Below are positions 1 through 12,118 of a stretch of 24,000 nucleotides of DNA, one piece after another (the stretch's first letter is position 1; each line of letters starts with the position of its first letter). Both the position numbers and the translations under genes were made by a program. The DNA is from Apirhabdus apintestini (GTDB taxonomy: Bacteria > Pseudomonadota > Gammaproteobacteria > Enterobacterales > Enterobacteriaceae). The stretch is from positions 4,321,487-4,345,486 of the forward strand of contig CP138906.1 of assembly GCA_033977085.1 (NCBI GenBank), given 5' to 3'. The notes beneath the pieces are model-generated. The model was not told the origin of the DNA. It searched no databases and saw only the letters and a list, made by a program, of their open reading frames with translations.

Positions 1-265
1 TTGGGGTTTTCATAAGCTATCGGAATTAATATTATTGGCGCTGATATTAGGTGTTTCTATTATATGCTTAGGTAATTAAAGTTAATGGGATTTAATTGGT
101 TTTTTGTTTTTAGTTGAAGCCTGCTCCTGAATCTATTGACCAGTGTGAGTCGGAATAGCCAATTTTTTATTTCTCTATTTTTATTATATTCAGCTGAATC
201 TACTTAAGTTCAAAAGTATGTTTCATTTCTTTATTTTATTTGCATAATTCTCATCAATACCGCCG
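1..265 (+). promoter_or_regulatory. AT-rich upstream region of cdiB; the promoter is presumably here but was not resolved
   Basis: Strongly AT-rich non-coding stretch immediately 5' of the cdiB start, in contrast to the GC-rich genes that follow. Only weak -35/-10 candidates are present (TTGACC 136-141, CATAAT 243-248) and none is convincing. Confidence 0.2.
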
Positions 266-301
266 GTGATAATACCGTACGCGACAGGGAAAGCACGTGT
301 A

Positions 302-1973
302 ATGATAAAACGATATTCATCTAAGGCGGGGAGCGCCTTATTTCTGCTGGCGAATTCGGCGCTGGCGGCGCCGCAGGATAATCAATTTCTTTATCAGCAA
401 GAGCAGCAAAAAGCGCTGGAACAACAGTTAGCGCCGGAAAAGCCGGATGTGCGACTGCCCGCGCCGGTTAACAGTATTTCCCGCCCCGAGTTCCCTGAGG
501 AAACGCCCTGTTTTCCCCTTTCCCGCGTCGTACTCAGTGGAACGGAATCTCTGCCTCACTGGCTGCCGCTTCAGCGCATTGCCAACTGGGGCGTGGGGCA
601 GTGCCTTGGCACTAAGGGCATCAACCTGCTCATGAGACTCGCTGCAAAACCGGCTGATATATCACGGCTATGTCACCACGCGCGTGCTGGCGCCGGCGCA
701 GGATTTAAAAAGCGGCACCCTGCGCCTGACGGTGTTGCCGGGTACGATTCGCCACGTAGTATTAACGCCGGAGAGCGGTCATTACATCCAACTCTACTCC
801 GCTTTTCCCGCGCATGAAGGCGCGCTACTGGATTTGCGCGACATTGAGCAGGGGTTGGAAAATCTGCAGCGCCTGACCGGCGTTGAGGCTAGCATGGAAA
901 TCGTGCCCGGCGACAAACCCGGTGAGAGCGATATCGCATTAAGCTGGAAACAGGACCGCATGTGGCGGCTGGGCGCCTATCTTGATGACTCGGGGACGAA
1001 AAGCACCGGGCGCTATCAGGGCGGCATGACGGTTTACCTGAACAACCCGCTGTCGCTGAGCGACATGTTTTATGTCTCCGGCAGCCACGATCTGAATAGC
1101 ACCGGCGATAAAGGCAATAAAAACCTGACGCTGAATTACTCTGTTCCTTTCGGCTACTGGCAGTTTGGCGTAACCGCTAACGATTACAGCTACCACCAAT
1201 TACTGGCCGGGCCGAACGGTGATAACCGCTATAGCGGAAAGAGTAAAAGCCTCACGGCGCAGGCGAGTCGCATTATTCATCGCAGCGGCACGCAAAAAAC
1301 CACGCTCAATTTTGATGTTACGACGCGCCAGTCGCGTAACTTTATCAATGATACGGAAATCGAAGTTCAGCGCCGTCAGACCTCGGCCTGGCGGCTGGGC
1401 CTGCAGCATCGTCACTATATCGGCGCTGCGACGCTAGACGCGGGGGCAAGCTGGCAGCGCGGTACCCGCTGGTTTGGAGCGATGAAAGCGCCGGAAGAAT
1501 ATACCGGTGATGCCACGGCGCTGGGGAAAATATTACGGCTTGACGCCAGCCTGACGCTACCGTTTGCGCTGGCATCACAAAATTTTCGCTACAGCGTGCA
1601 GTATTCGCGGCAGATCAACGAAACGCGCCTGACGCCGCAGGATGAATTCTCTATCGGCAACCGCTGGACGGTGCGCGGCTTTGACGGCGAACGCTCCCTG
1701 AGCGCCGCGCGCGGCTGGTTTGTGCGTAACGATCTCGGCTGGAGCACGCCGCTGCCCGGCTCTGAGCTATATATCGGCGCCGACTACGGCGAAGTGGGAG
1801 GCAGTAGCTCTTCCATGCGCATCGGCGATCGCCTGGCCGGCGGTGCGCTGGGTCTGCGCGGCAGCGCCTTTAATACCGGCTATGACCTATTCGCCGGCAT
1901 TCCTTTCTCAAAGCCGAAAGGATTTCAAACCAGCGGCGTTACGCTGGGCTTTAGCCTCAACTGGAATTACTGA
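302..1973 (+). pseudogene. cdiB: CdiB / TpsB (ShlB-FhaC family Omp85) outer-membrane transporter of the two-partner secretion pair; the frame is broken once as assembled
   Basis: ATG 302 gives [24 protein letters not shown], a signal peptide. ORF 266-817 then carries POTRA-like sequence ([22 protein letters not shown]). ORF 684-1973 continues in another frame with (Y)[27 protein letters not shown] and ends in a beta-barrel terminus GFSLNWNY*. The two frames join if one extra base near 633-636 is removed. The gene sits directly upstream of cdiA. Confidence 0.85.
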
Positions 1974-1982
1974 ATAACGCTT

Positions 1983-2000
1983 CGGGGCGCGGGCGCCCCG
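1983..2000 (+). other. GC-rich inverted repeat (CGGGGCGC GG GCGCCCCG) in the cdiB-cdiA spacer
   Basis: Perfect 8-bp arms were read directly. No T-tract follows, so it is not a classical terminator. It could be an mRNA stem-loop. Confidence 0.35.
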
Positions 2001-2032
2001 ATGACCGGAACCGGACGCAAGGAAGTCGTTAC

Positions 2033-2950
2033 ATGAATAAGAATCTCTATCGCATTATTTTCAACCGCGCGCGCGGCATGCTGGTCGTGGTGGCGGAAAT
2101 TGCCGGTTCCGGGCAGGGGAATAGCAGTGCCGCTGGCGGGCGCACGCTTATGCGGATGACGGGCCGCCTGGCCGCGCTGCCGTTCGCGCTTTGGCTATCG
2201 CTGGGATCTGTGCATTTTGCCCAGGCGGCGATCGTTGCCGATGCCGGCGCGGCTGGCAAACTGCGCCCTAATGTGACCAACAGCGCTAACGGCACCCCAC
2301 AGGTAAATATCCAGGCCCCAAGCGCGGGCGGCGTCTCCCGGAATGTCTATAGCCGCTTCGACGTTGACCACAAGGGCGTGATCCTCAATAACGCGAATAA
2401 AAACGCGCGCACAGAGCTGGGCGGTATGATTGCTGCAAACCCTAATCTGGCGCGCGGCAGTGCAAAAGTTATCCTGAACGAGGTGAACGCGCGCGACCCC
2501 AGTAAACTCAACGGCTATATCGAAGTCGCCGGGCAAAAAGCGCAGGTGATTATTGCCAACCCGGCGGGGATATCCTGTGACGGCTGCGGATTTATTAACG
2601 CCAACCGCGCCACGCTCACCACCGGCCAGGCGCTGATGCAAAATGGCGCGATAACCGGCTACGACGTTTCGCGCGGTGAAATAGTGGTGCAGGGGCGCGG
2701 CATGGACGCCTCGAAGACCGACTATACCGATATCATCGCCCGCTCCGTAAAAGTCAACGCGGGGCTGTGGGCCAACGAATTAAACGTAACCACCGGCGCC
2801 AACCGCGTTAGCGCCGGTGGCAGCAGCGTCCAGGCGCGTACAGCGGATGACAAAACGCGCCCCGGCTTTGCGCTGGACGTCTCTTCGCTCGGTGGCATGT
2901 ATGCCGGGAAAATCAGACTCACCGGCACCGAGAAAGGTGTGGGCGTGCGC
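2033..2950 (+). other. ESPR signal peptide plus TPS (haemagglutination-activity) secretion domain of CdiA
   Basis: MNKNLYRIIFN..GMLVVVAE, a second hydrophobic segment ending FAQA, then the motifs NGTPQVNI, SRNVYSRFDV, ILNN, ANPNL and KVILNEV. The end coordinate is approximate. Confidence 0.7.
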
Positions 2951-5900
2951 AACGCCGGGGAAATTGGCGCCAGCGTTGGCAACGTGACGCTAAACACAGA
3001 CGGAACCATCAGCAACAGCGGCACGATGAACGCCGCGAAAGATATTCAGCTTAGTAGCCGGGCAGCCATTGATAACCAAGGCACGGTCTACGCGAAGCAA
3101 GACAGCGTAGTCACCGCCTCCGGGGCGCTGGTGAACCGCGGCACGCTGGCCGCCGGGCGCAGCATCGGGCTTACCGGCGCATCGCTTAATAACCAGGCGG
3201 GCGGTGCGCTGGCCGCGGGCATGTGCGCCGATGGCCGCGTCGGGCAGGCGGGCGATTTAACCATAAAAACTGCGGGCAAGGCGCAGTCTCAGGGGCAGAT
3301 GCTCTCCGGGCGACATATTGATATTGCCGGTAACGCCGTCGATCTCAGCGGCGGGCAAAACTTCGCTAGCGGCGATTTACGCGCCCAGGCGCGCGCCGGG
3401 GATATCTCGCTGGTGCAAAGTAAAACCCAGGCGCAGGGCGCAATGTCACTGCAGGCCAGCGGCCAGTTGAACAATCAGGGCGGGGCGCTGCAGGCCGGCG
3501 CGCTTTCGGTCACTGCGGCGGCTATTAATAACGCCAAAGGCGGCATACAGGCGCAGGCCATGGCGCTAAACGCTCGCACGCTGAATAACACTGACGGAAC
3601 CGTTAATCACACCGGAACAAACGCGCTGCGGTTAGGCATGGCGGAGTCAATAAACAACCAGGGCGGGACGATTGCCAGCCGGGGCAGCGATCTTTCCGTT
3701 GCTACCGGGGTGCTGAATAACCAGCGCGGCGCTATTTTGCATCAGGACAATGGGCGGCTGAACATTGATGCCAATACCCTTAACGGCAGCGGCGGCACCA
3801 TAAGCAGCGAAGGCGCACTGGCTATTCACGGCGCTAGCCTCAACCTGGACCACGGGCAAACTATCGCCCGGCACCTGTCGCTGACCGGCGATACGCTTTC
3901 AAACCGCGACGGCAAGCTGGTGCAAACCGCTGCAGACGGCCCCATGGATCTCAATGTGCGCGGCGCGCTGGATAACACCGGCGGTTATATCGCGAGCCAG
4001 GGCGGCGTAGGGCTGCAGGCGGGCTCGCTGACCAACAACCAAGGTGAAATGACCGCAGTGCAGGGACCGCTGCGCATTGCCCTGCGTGACGACCTGCATA
4101 ATCAGGGCGGCGTGCTTAACAGCGGCGGGGCGCTCACGCTTACCGCACGGCTGCTGGATAACCTGCGCGGAACCCTCAATGCGGCGGGGAACCTTCAGGC
4201 TACGGTTACCGGGGTTGTAAATACCAGGGCGTACTGGCAGCGGGCGGTGCGCTGGCGCTAACCTCTCAGGGCATGAACAATAACGATGGCGCGCTGCAGG
4301 GCAACGGCGTCACGCTTAATTTGGGTGACAGCCTGCTTAACAATGCGCGCGGGCGCCTGCTTTCCAGCGGGAACATGGCGTTAAATAGCGGCGAGCCGCA
4401 AAACGGCGGCGGAATTATTCAGAGCAACGGCGACATGGCGCTGGACACCCGCGGCAAAACGCTCAATAACGCCCAGCCGCAGCGCAGCGGCGGTATCCTG
4501 AGTGGCGGTACGCTAACCCTGCGCAGCGGTGCGCTTAATAATGCGGGCGGTACGCTTTCCGCAGGCCGCGGCTTATCGCTGGCGGCAAGTTCACTGGACA
4601 ACGGCGGCGGTACGCTAACGGGAAAAGGTGCGCTGAATCTGCATACCGGGGCGCTGAATAATAACGGCGGACTGATCCAGGGGATAGCCTGGATATCGAC
4701 ACCGGAAACGCCGCGCTCAGCAACCAAAACAGCGGAACGGACGGCGGCATTATTGCTTCCGGCACCCTGAACATCCGCAGCGGCGCGCTGAATAACCAGG
4801 CAGGCGCGATTATCGGCCAGCGCGTCGCGCTGGCGACGCAGGGCACGCCGCTGAACAACGAGGGCGGTGAGATAACCGGCGGAAAAGCCCTAACGCTGGA
4901 TAGCGGCGCGTTAAACAACCGAGGCGGTAAATTGCTGTCTGGCGGCGAACTTATCCTGCGCAGCGGCGCGCTGGATAACAGCGCCGGGCGTGTACAGGCC
5001 AACGGTACGCTGAACCTCGATACCCGGGGTGCACGACTTATCAACGCAGAACACGGGCTGATAAGCGGAGGAAATCTGACGCTGCGTAGCGGAAATATCG
5101 ATAACCGCAGCGGAGCGCTATTGGGCGACGGCGGCGTTGATATTATTTCCGGCGGCCTCGACAACCGGGGCGGCACGCTTGGCAGTGAACTGGGCGACAT
5201 TACGCTGGTGGGCAGCGCGCTGGATAACCGCAGCGGCCTGATTCAGGGCAAAGGCAATGTGGCGTTAAATACCAACAATGGCGCGCTGTTCAACGGCGAC
5301 AGCGGCAGTAACGGCGGCATCTTCAGCGGCGGAACGCTGATCGTTCGCAGCGGAGCGCTGGATAACCAGCGGGGATCCTGTCCGGCGCGCGGGTCGATAT
5401 CCTTGCGCAGGGGCTAAATAACACCCACGGCCTGCTGCTGGCCGCCGGAGACGCCAGCCTCGATACCCAGGGCAGCAGCCTGATCAACGCCAGCACCGCG
5501 GGCGATAGCGAAGGTATTCGCGCTCAGGGAACGCTGACTATCAGCAGCGGTGATATCGATAATCAGTCCGGCTTTATCGGCAGCGGGCGCGCTATTGTCA
5601 ATGCCGGTACGCTGAACAATAGCGGCGGTACTTTTGGCGGCAACGGCGGTTTACGCTTCAGCGGCGCGGGCGTCAATAACGCGCGCGGTCGCCTGCAAAG
5701 CGCGGGCGATATCCAGATAGACAGCAAACAGGGGCTGGAAAACGGCGGCGGGATCGCGCTGGCCGATGGCACGCTAACAATAACCGGCGGTGCGATAAAT
5801 AACGCACAGGGGCAGCTACAGGGTGGCAAAGGCGTGCGCCTGACGAAGCTATCCACCGTCAATAACCAGGGCGGTAAACTGCTGTCCGGTGGCGACCTTG

Positions 5901-8561
5901 CGCTGAATGCCGGTTCGCTGGATAACCGCAGCGGCGAACTCTTTGCCTTTGGCGACGTACATCTTGGCGTTACGGGCCTGCTGGATAACAGCGGCGGCAC
6001 CCTAAAAGCGAACGATGCGCTCGTGCTAAAAGCGGGAACTCTGCGTAATAGCGACACCCGCAGCGGCGCGCGCGGCGTTGAGGCGCAGAGCATTCAGTTG
6101 AACGCCGGAGATGTGGATAACCGCCGTGGGCGTATTCAGAGCGCACAGGGGCTGCAGGCAGACGTTAAACGCCAGTTTATCAATGACGACGGGCTGCTGG
6201 TGAGCGGCGGCGCGCTGACGCTACAGGGCGACGCGCTGAACATCGCAAACCGGGCGGGCACGGTATATGCGGACGACACACTAAAACTCGTGGCGGCGCT
6301 GCTGGGCGGCGATGGCAGCGTACAGGGCGCTAAAGATGTCGCGCTGACGCTGCGCGAAGCGCTGCATAACACCGGCGTGCTGGCGGCGGGCGGTAACCTG
6401 GCGCTAAATAGCGGCGGGCAGATAAGCAACGACGGTATGCTGGGCGCCGGGAAAACACTGGATCTGAAAGCGGTGGCGCTCAATAACGGCGCGGGCGGTG
6501 AAATTAGCGCCGGACAAACGCGGTTAAACATCGCGACTATCCTGCATAACCTTGGGCTTATTGACGGCGGCTTAACGTACATCATCGCCAACGCGCTGGA
6601 AAACCTCGGCACCGGGCGTATCTATGGCGACCATATTGCCCTGCAAACGGCCAGCCTGACCAATGATAAAGATGCGGCCAGCGGAAAAGCAGCGGTGATC
6701 GCCGCCCGCGATCGGCTGGATATCGGAGCGGGCACCCTTCTTAACCGCGATCACGCGCTGCTGTACAGCGGTGGAAACATGAGCATAGGCGGCCAGCCAA
6801 TGATGCGCTCAACGCCACCGGGCAGGGCGGCACGCTGAGCAACCACAGCGCGCAAATTGAAGCCGCTGGCGATTTAAGCCTGAGTATGGGGCGCGTGGAT
6901 AACCGCGATATTCACCTGCGGCTGAGTGACACGCCGGAAGAGGTGTCGCGCGAATCGTTTGATGAATGGCAGTATTGCCAGGGCGACAAGCAAAGCGTCG
7001 CCTGTAACGGCGGTGACGGTAAGCGCTATATTTTGGGGCCGGTAGAGCCAGGTGGCAAAAACGCTATGGTCTGAATCCCGACGGCAGCAAAAATACCAGT
7101 GTGGAACTTCTGCTACGGGAAAATCATGCCAGCAACCGCATGCGGTTTACTATTCCCGGCTTCGGCGCCAGCAAGCACTTTATTGAATATATCTACGACA
7201 GAATCATCTCTGAAACCAAAATCCTGCAGCGCGATGGTGCATCTATTACCAGCGGCGGCAATATGACGGTCACCGGCGGCGCGCTGGTGAACCAGGACAG
7301 CCGCATCGTGGCCGGGCGCGATTTTATTAATCGCGGTGCCAGTCTGGACAACCGGGAAACCAAAGGCACGCGCACCGTGGTCGATGTGGGCAAGCGTATC
7401 TCCTATTACAAAAAGGCGACTGGCACACCGCGCGTAATGAGATGGAGTACCAGGGCGAAAACGCCAGCAGCGATCTGTCGCTGGGGCTAATGCGTTTTGA
7501 GAGCCACGCGGACACCGGCGATACCGGTTATGCCGTCGATCGCCGCGACGGAGTTATCGTCGACGGCCAAGGCGGTGTCGTCAGCGATCGCGCTGCCCCG
7601 GGCCGCGATGGCGCGCTCTCGTGGGACGATGCCCTCGATATGCCAGATTTACTTACCGGCGGAAAAGTAGACGGCGTGACCGACCGGCCGCTGGAGATCC
7701 CGCCGGGCGAAAGCATTACGCTGCCGCTACCGCCGGAAGAAGTAGACGGTAAACCGGTGGATAAAGAGATCCGCGTGGCGGCGCCGTCGACCCGCCTGCC
7801 GGATAACAGCCTGTATCACACTCACCCCGGTGCTTCGTCAGACTACCTGGTGGAAACCGATCCGCGCTTTACCCAGGAGAAAAAATGGCTCGGTAGTGAC
7901 TATATGCAAAAGGCGCTCGCCAACGATCCGAATAACCTGCTGAAGCGGTTGGGCGATGGCTATTACGAGCAAACTCTGATCCGCGATCAAATTACGCGCG
8001 CTACCGGCCAGCGCTATCTGGACGGGCAAAGCAGCGATGAAGCGCAGTACCGTATGTTGATGGACAACGGTATTGCCTTTGCGAAAAAACTGGGGCTAAC
8101 GCCGGGTGTGGCACTAAGCCCGGAACAAATGGCGCAGTTGACCGAGCTCAATTGTCTGGCTGGTGACTCAGCAGGTGCGGCTGCCGGACGGCAGCGTGGA
8201 GCAGGTGCTGGTGCCTCAGGTCTACCTGAAGGTGAATCAAAACAGTGTCAACGGCAATGGCGCGTTAATCGCCGGTAACCGCGTCTTCTCTGAAACCTCG
8301 GGTGATGTGAACAACAGTGGGACGATAGCCGGGCGCGACGTGACGCGGCTGGATGCCAACAACCTGACTAACACCGGCTTTATTCAGGGCGGGGCGGTGG
8401 ATATCACCTCGCGGCTGGATATTCACAACCGGGGTGGTGCTATCCTCGGCGATAACAGCGTCAGCCTAAAGGCCGGGCGCGACCTGGTCAGCGAAAGCCT
8501 CACGCGCGGCAGCGACGGGGCGCGGGATATCTCGGCACCGGCTACCGTGTGGGTTCAGAAC

Positions 8562-11289
8562 CCGGGCGGCAGCCTGACGCTACAGGGCATGCGCGACGTA
8601 ACGCTGACCGGCAGCGTGACGGGCACGCACGGCGAAGGCAGCAGTACCACTATCGTCGCCGGCAATAACCTGACGCTGGATACGGTGAAAACGTCGCGCG
8701 AAACCAGCTACCGCCGCAGTGATAAACAGTACGACCTGACGCGTGAAACGCAGGAGGTCGGCAGCCAGGTAAGCAGCGGGGGACGCTGACGCTGCACGCG
8801 GGGAACGACCTGAACGCCCGCGCGGCGGACGTCACGGCGGGCGGGGCGCTGAGCGCGACCGCGGGGCGCGATGTCACTATTGAGAGCGGTGAGCGCACCT
8901 ATGACCACGTAACCAACGATAAATGGACCACCTCAGGTTTCCTGTCGAAAACGAAGCATGAAACGCACGATGAACTGCACGAGCGCACCGCGCAGGGCAG
9001 CAATTTCAGCGGCGATACGGTACAGATAGGCGCCGGGCGCGACCTGACGGTGCGCGGTTCGTCCGTGGCGGGCACCGGCGACGTCCTGCTGGCGGCAGGC
9101 AATAACCTGAATATCACCACGGCGGATGAGGCGCAGCACGAAAGCCATATGAGCCGGAAGAAAAAGTCTGGGGTGATGGGCACGGGCGGCCTGGGATTTA
9201 CGGTGGGCAGCGCGCAGGAGAAAGTGTCGCAGAGTGATGACAGTAACCTGAAGAAAGGGAGTATCGTGGGCAGCAGCCGGGTAACCTGACGCTGAGTGCG
9301 GGCAACCAGCTTAACGTGCACGGCAGCGACCTGATAGCGGGTAAGGACATGGCCCTGTCGGGCAGCGACGTGAGTATCACGGCGGCGGAGAACAGCCATA
9401 CGTCGCAGCGCGTGGTGGAGCAGAGCAACAGCGGATTAACGCTGTCGCTGTCGGGCGCGGCGGGGAGCGCGCTGAATACGGCGATAAGTCAGTCGAGGGC
9501 GGCGAAGGAAGAAAGCAGCGGACGACTGGCGGCGCTGGAAGGGGTGCAGAGCGTGCTGTCCGGGGTGCAGGCGGGGCAGGTGATAGACAAGGACCTCGCC
9601 CGGGGCAAGGACGACCCGGGGAATAATAATACGATAGGGGTGTCTGCGGGTTACGGGAGTCAGCGTTCGCGCAGTGAAAGCCGGAGTGAGGAGCATTATC
9701 ATCAGGGGAGCAGCCTGACGGCGGGAGATAACCTGAGTATCACGGCGACGGGCAGACAGGGCGGCGGAGATATCCGGGTGGAGGGCAGTGAGCTTCAGGC
9801 GGGCCGGGATATGGCGCTGAACGCGAAGCGTGACGTGACGCTGACGTCATCGGCGGACACGCGGGAGATGTCGGGTAAAAACAAGAGCAGCGGCGGCAGT
9901 CTGGGCGTGAGCGTGGGTGCGGGCCAGGGTGGAATGGGGCTGAGCGTGTCAGCGAGCGCAAACAGCAGCCACGGGCGTGAGCGCGGCAGCGGCGTGACGC
10001 ACAATGAGACGCGAGCTCAGGGCGGGCAACCAGGTGACGATAGAGAGCGGCCGTGACACGACGCTGACGGGCGCGCAGGTGAGCGGCAGGCAGGTGACGG
10101 CGGATGTGGGCCGCAACCTGACGCTGGGCAGCGAGCAGGACAGTGACCGCTACGACAGCCGGCAGAGCAGCGTGAGCGCGGGAGGCAGCGTGGCGGTACT
10201 CGGCGCGGGCGGTTCGGCGAGCGTGAGCGTTTCGCAGGATAAGATGCACAGCACGTATGATTCGGTGCAGGAGCAGACGGGGATATTTGCGGGCAGCGGC
10301 GGGTTTGACGTGAAGGTCGGCGGGCATACGCAGCTTGACGGTGCGGTGATAGGGTCGACGGCGGAGGCGGGGAAAAACCGGCTGGATACGGGGACGCTGG
10401 GGTGGAGCGATATTCATAACCGTGCGGAGTATGAGGTGTCGCATGCGGGAGCGGGGATGAGCACCGGCGGCGGCAATATCGGTAACCAGTTTGTGGGCAA
10501 CGCGGCGAATAATATGCTGGCGGGGCTGAACAGCGGAGACAGCGCGCACAGCACGACGCGTTCGGCGGTGAGTGACGGCACGATAACGGTGCGCGACGTG
10601 GCGAACCAGAAGCAGGATACGGGAGAGCTTAACCGTGATGTAGCGCACGCGAACGAGACGCTGAGCCCGATATTCGACAAGGAGAAGGAGCAGAAGCGGC
10701 TGCGTGAGGCGCAGGTAATTGGTGAGCTTGGGAGCCAGACAGGGGATATTATCACGACCCGGGTGAGATAAACGGGCTGAAAAAGGCGCGTGAAGCGCAT
10801 CCTGATATGGCGCCGGAGCTTCTGGAGAAGACGCCGGAATACAAGGAAGAGATGAAGAAGTACGGCACGGGGAGCACAATCCAGCGTGTGGTGCAGGGCG
10901 CAACGGCGGTGGTGCAGGGGCTGGCAGGCGGCGACCTGAGGAAGGCGATAGCGGGCGGAGCGGCACCGGAGATAGCGAATATCATTGGCAGAAGCGGGAT
11001 GAGTTCGCAGGAGAAGGTGCTGGCGCACGCGGTGGTGAACGTGGCGCTGGCGCTGGCGCAGGGAAATAATGCGCTGTCGGGAGCGGCGGGAGCGGCGGCA
11101 GGGGAAGCGATGGGGCTGCTGTCGGAGAGGCTGTACGGAAAGAGCGCGTCAGAACTGACGGAATCGGAAAGGGCGACGGTAAGTGCACTTGCGACGCTGG
11201 CAGCGGGGCTGGCAGGCGGGCTGGCGGGAAACAGCGCGGTGGACGCAGCGACAGGCGCGCAGGCCGGAAAGACGACGGTTGAGAATAAT
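8562..11289 (+). repeat. Direct repeat copy A (inside full-length cdiA), near-identical to 12827-15437
   Basis: Alignment by eye with offset 4265 at the 5' end (ccgggcggcagcctgacgctacagggcatgcg in both). Identity stops exactly after gttgagaataat (VENN). Differences are a 184-bp segment present only in A (about 8845-9028), a divergent patch (10772-10866), a 12-bp indel (about 11081-11098) and a few point differences. Confidence 0.95.
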
Positions 11290-12118
11290 GCGCTGAGTGG
11301 AGTTGTGCAGGGTGGAAAGCTGGTTGTTCAGGGCTGCGCTAAAGTTGCGGCCTGTCGAAATACACTGGTTGAGAAAGGACTGGGTGCGCTGCTGGGCATA
11401 GGTGCGGCAAATACAGTGCTGGATAATATCTCTGCAGCGGATAAGGATTATGTATTTGCAGTTGCCATGAATGGCGGGCGACCGGATCTTGTTGAGAAAC
11501 TGACGCCGGCGCAGCGTGCGGCTTATGATTATCTTGTTGAGCAGGATAAAAAGGGTCATTTTCTTTATTACCCCACAACAAAAACCTTCGCATACCGGAG
11601 GAAATCAAGTTATCAATCCGGGGCCGGGCCATACAGGTGGCGACCAGACTATAACCGGTAATGTACCAGCGCATACGGGAAATAATCAGGCTTCAGGCCA
11701 GGGTCCGACAAATACCGGTAATACGGATGGCATGCCAGATACGGGTGGGAATACCACGGTAACGCCTATCCCGGATGGGCCGAATAGGGATGATTTTATT
11801 TATATGTCCGATGGACATATGTTGGGAGCTAATGGAGTTAAAGTTCCAAGTAAAACCATATGGAAAGGTGAAGGGAAAGAACGCATTGATGTAGAAAACC
11901 CAAATCCAGGGCAAAGGCCGGGGCAGGTGCATTACCAAGACAACAAAAACAATAAGTATTATTACGATCCGAATAATAATAATTTTTATAGCTTTGATTC
12001 ATCAAAGAATAAGGTTCCTGCTCCTTCTACAATTAATAAGTTGCTTGACGATCCTAAGTTCAAGCAAGCTATAGATAAAGGCATGAGACAGTATTTGGGG
12101 AAAAATGATTATTTTTAA
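11278..12118 (+). other. CdiA-CT1, the variable toxin region after VENN: a Cys-pair N-terminal subdomain, an HTGG-repeat linker and an AT-rich C-terminal domain of unassigned family
   Basis: VENNALSGVVQGGKLVVQGCAKVAACRNTLVEKG.. is followed by SHTGGNQ../GHTGGDQ../AHTGNNQ../TNTGNTD../DTGGNTT.. repeats. The C-terminal part reads ..KERIDVENPNPGQRPGQVHYQDNKNNKYYYDPNNNNFYSF..GKNDYF*. Base composition drops sharply to AT-rich from about 11780. Confidence 0.7.

Larger units (their letters stand above)
2033..12118 (+). pseudogene. cdiA: CdiA, a contact-dependent inhibition exoprotein (filamentous-haemagglutinin-like TpsA), ~3360 codons, split into 13 ORF pieces as assembled
   Basis: The N-terminus MNKNLYRIIFNRARGMLVVVAEIA is an extended signal peptide region. 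TPS-domain motifs are present (NGTPQVNIQAPSAGGVSRNVYSRFDV, ANPNL, LNGYIEVAG). Kilobases of G/N/L-rich FHA repeats (..NNQGG.L..) follow. A repeat-free central region, LGDGYYEQTLIRDQI, LT.SIVWLV..VPQVYL, an FHA-2-like region and VENN at 11278-11289 complete the architecture. The pieces 2033-4261, 4273-4770, 4932-5417, 5834-6838, 6886-7074, 7101-7490, 7442-8278, 8163-8789, 9050-9289, 9316-10056, 10004-10771, 10807-11661 and 11516-12118 join into one frame after 12 single-base corrections. Confidence 0.9.

Noticed and set aside
1-13. A possible divergent gene start on the minus strand (cat at 11-13 gives ATG AAA ACC CCA ..)
   Set aside because: Only four codons fall inside the window, so it cannot be evaluated.
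3000-6800. Periodic repetition that could be mistaken for a CRISPR array or tandem DNA repeats
   Set aside because: The periodicity is at the protein level (degenerate ~20-residue FHA repeats, ..G.L.NN.GG..). There are no conserved DNA repeat units separated by unique spacers.
9740-10966. A long antisense ORF (408 aa, minus strand), plus many other 60-220 aa minus-strand ORFs across 2047-15783
   Set aside because: They lie antisense to, or out of frame with, the GC-rich cdiA sequence. Their products are low-complexity and rich in R/P/A/S. High GC content suppresses stop codons. The sense-strand frames carry clear CdiA homology.
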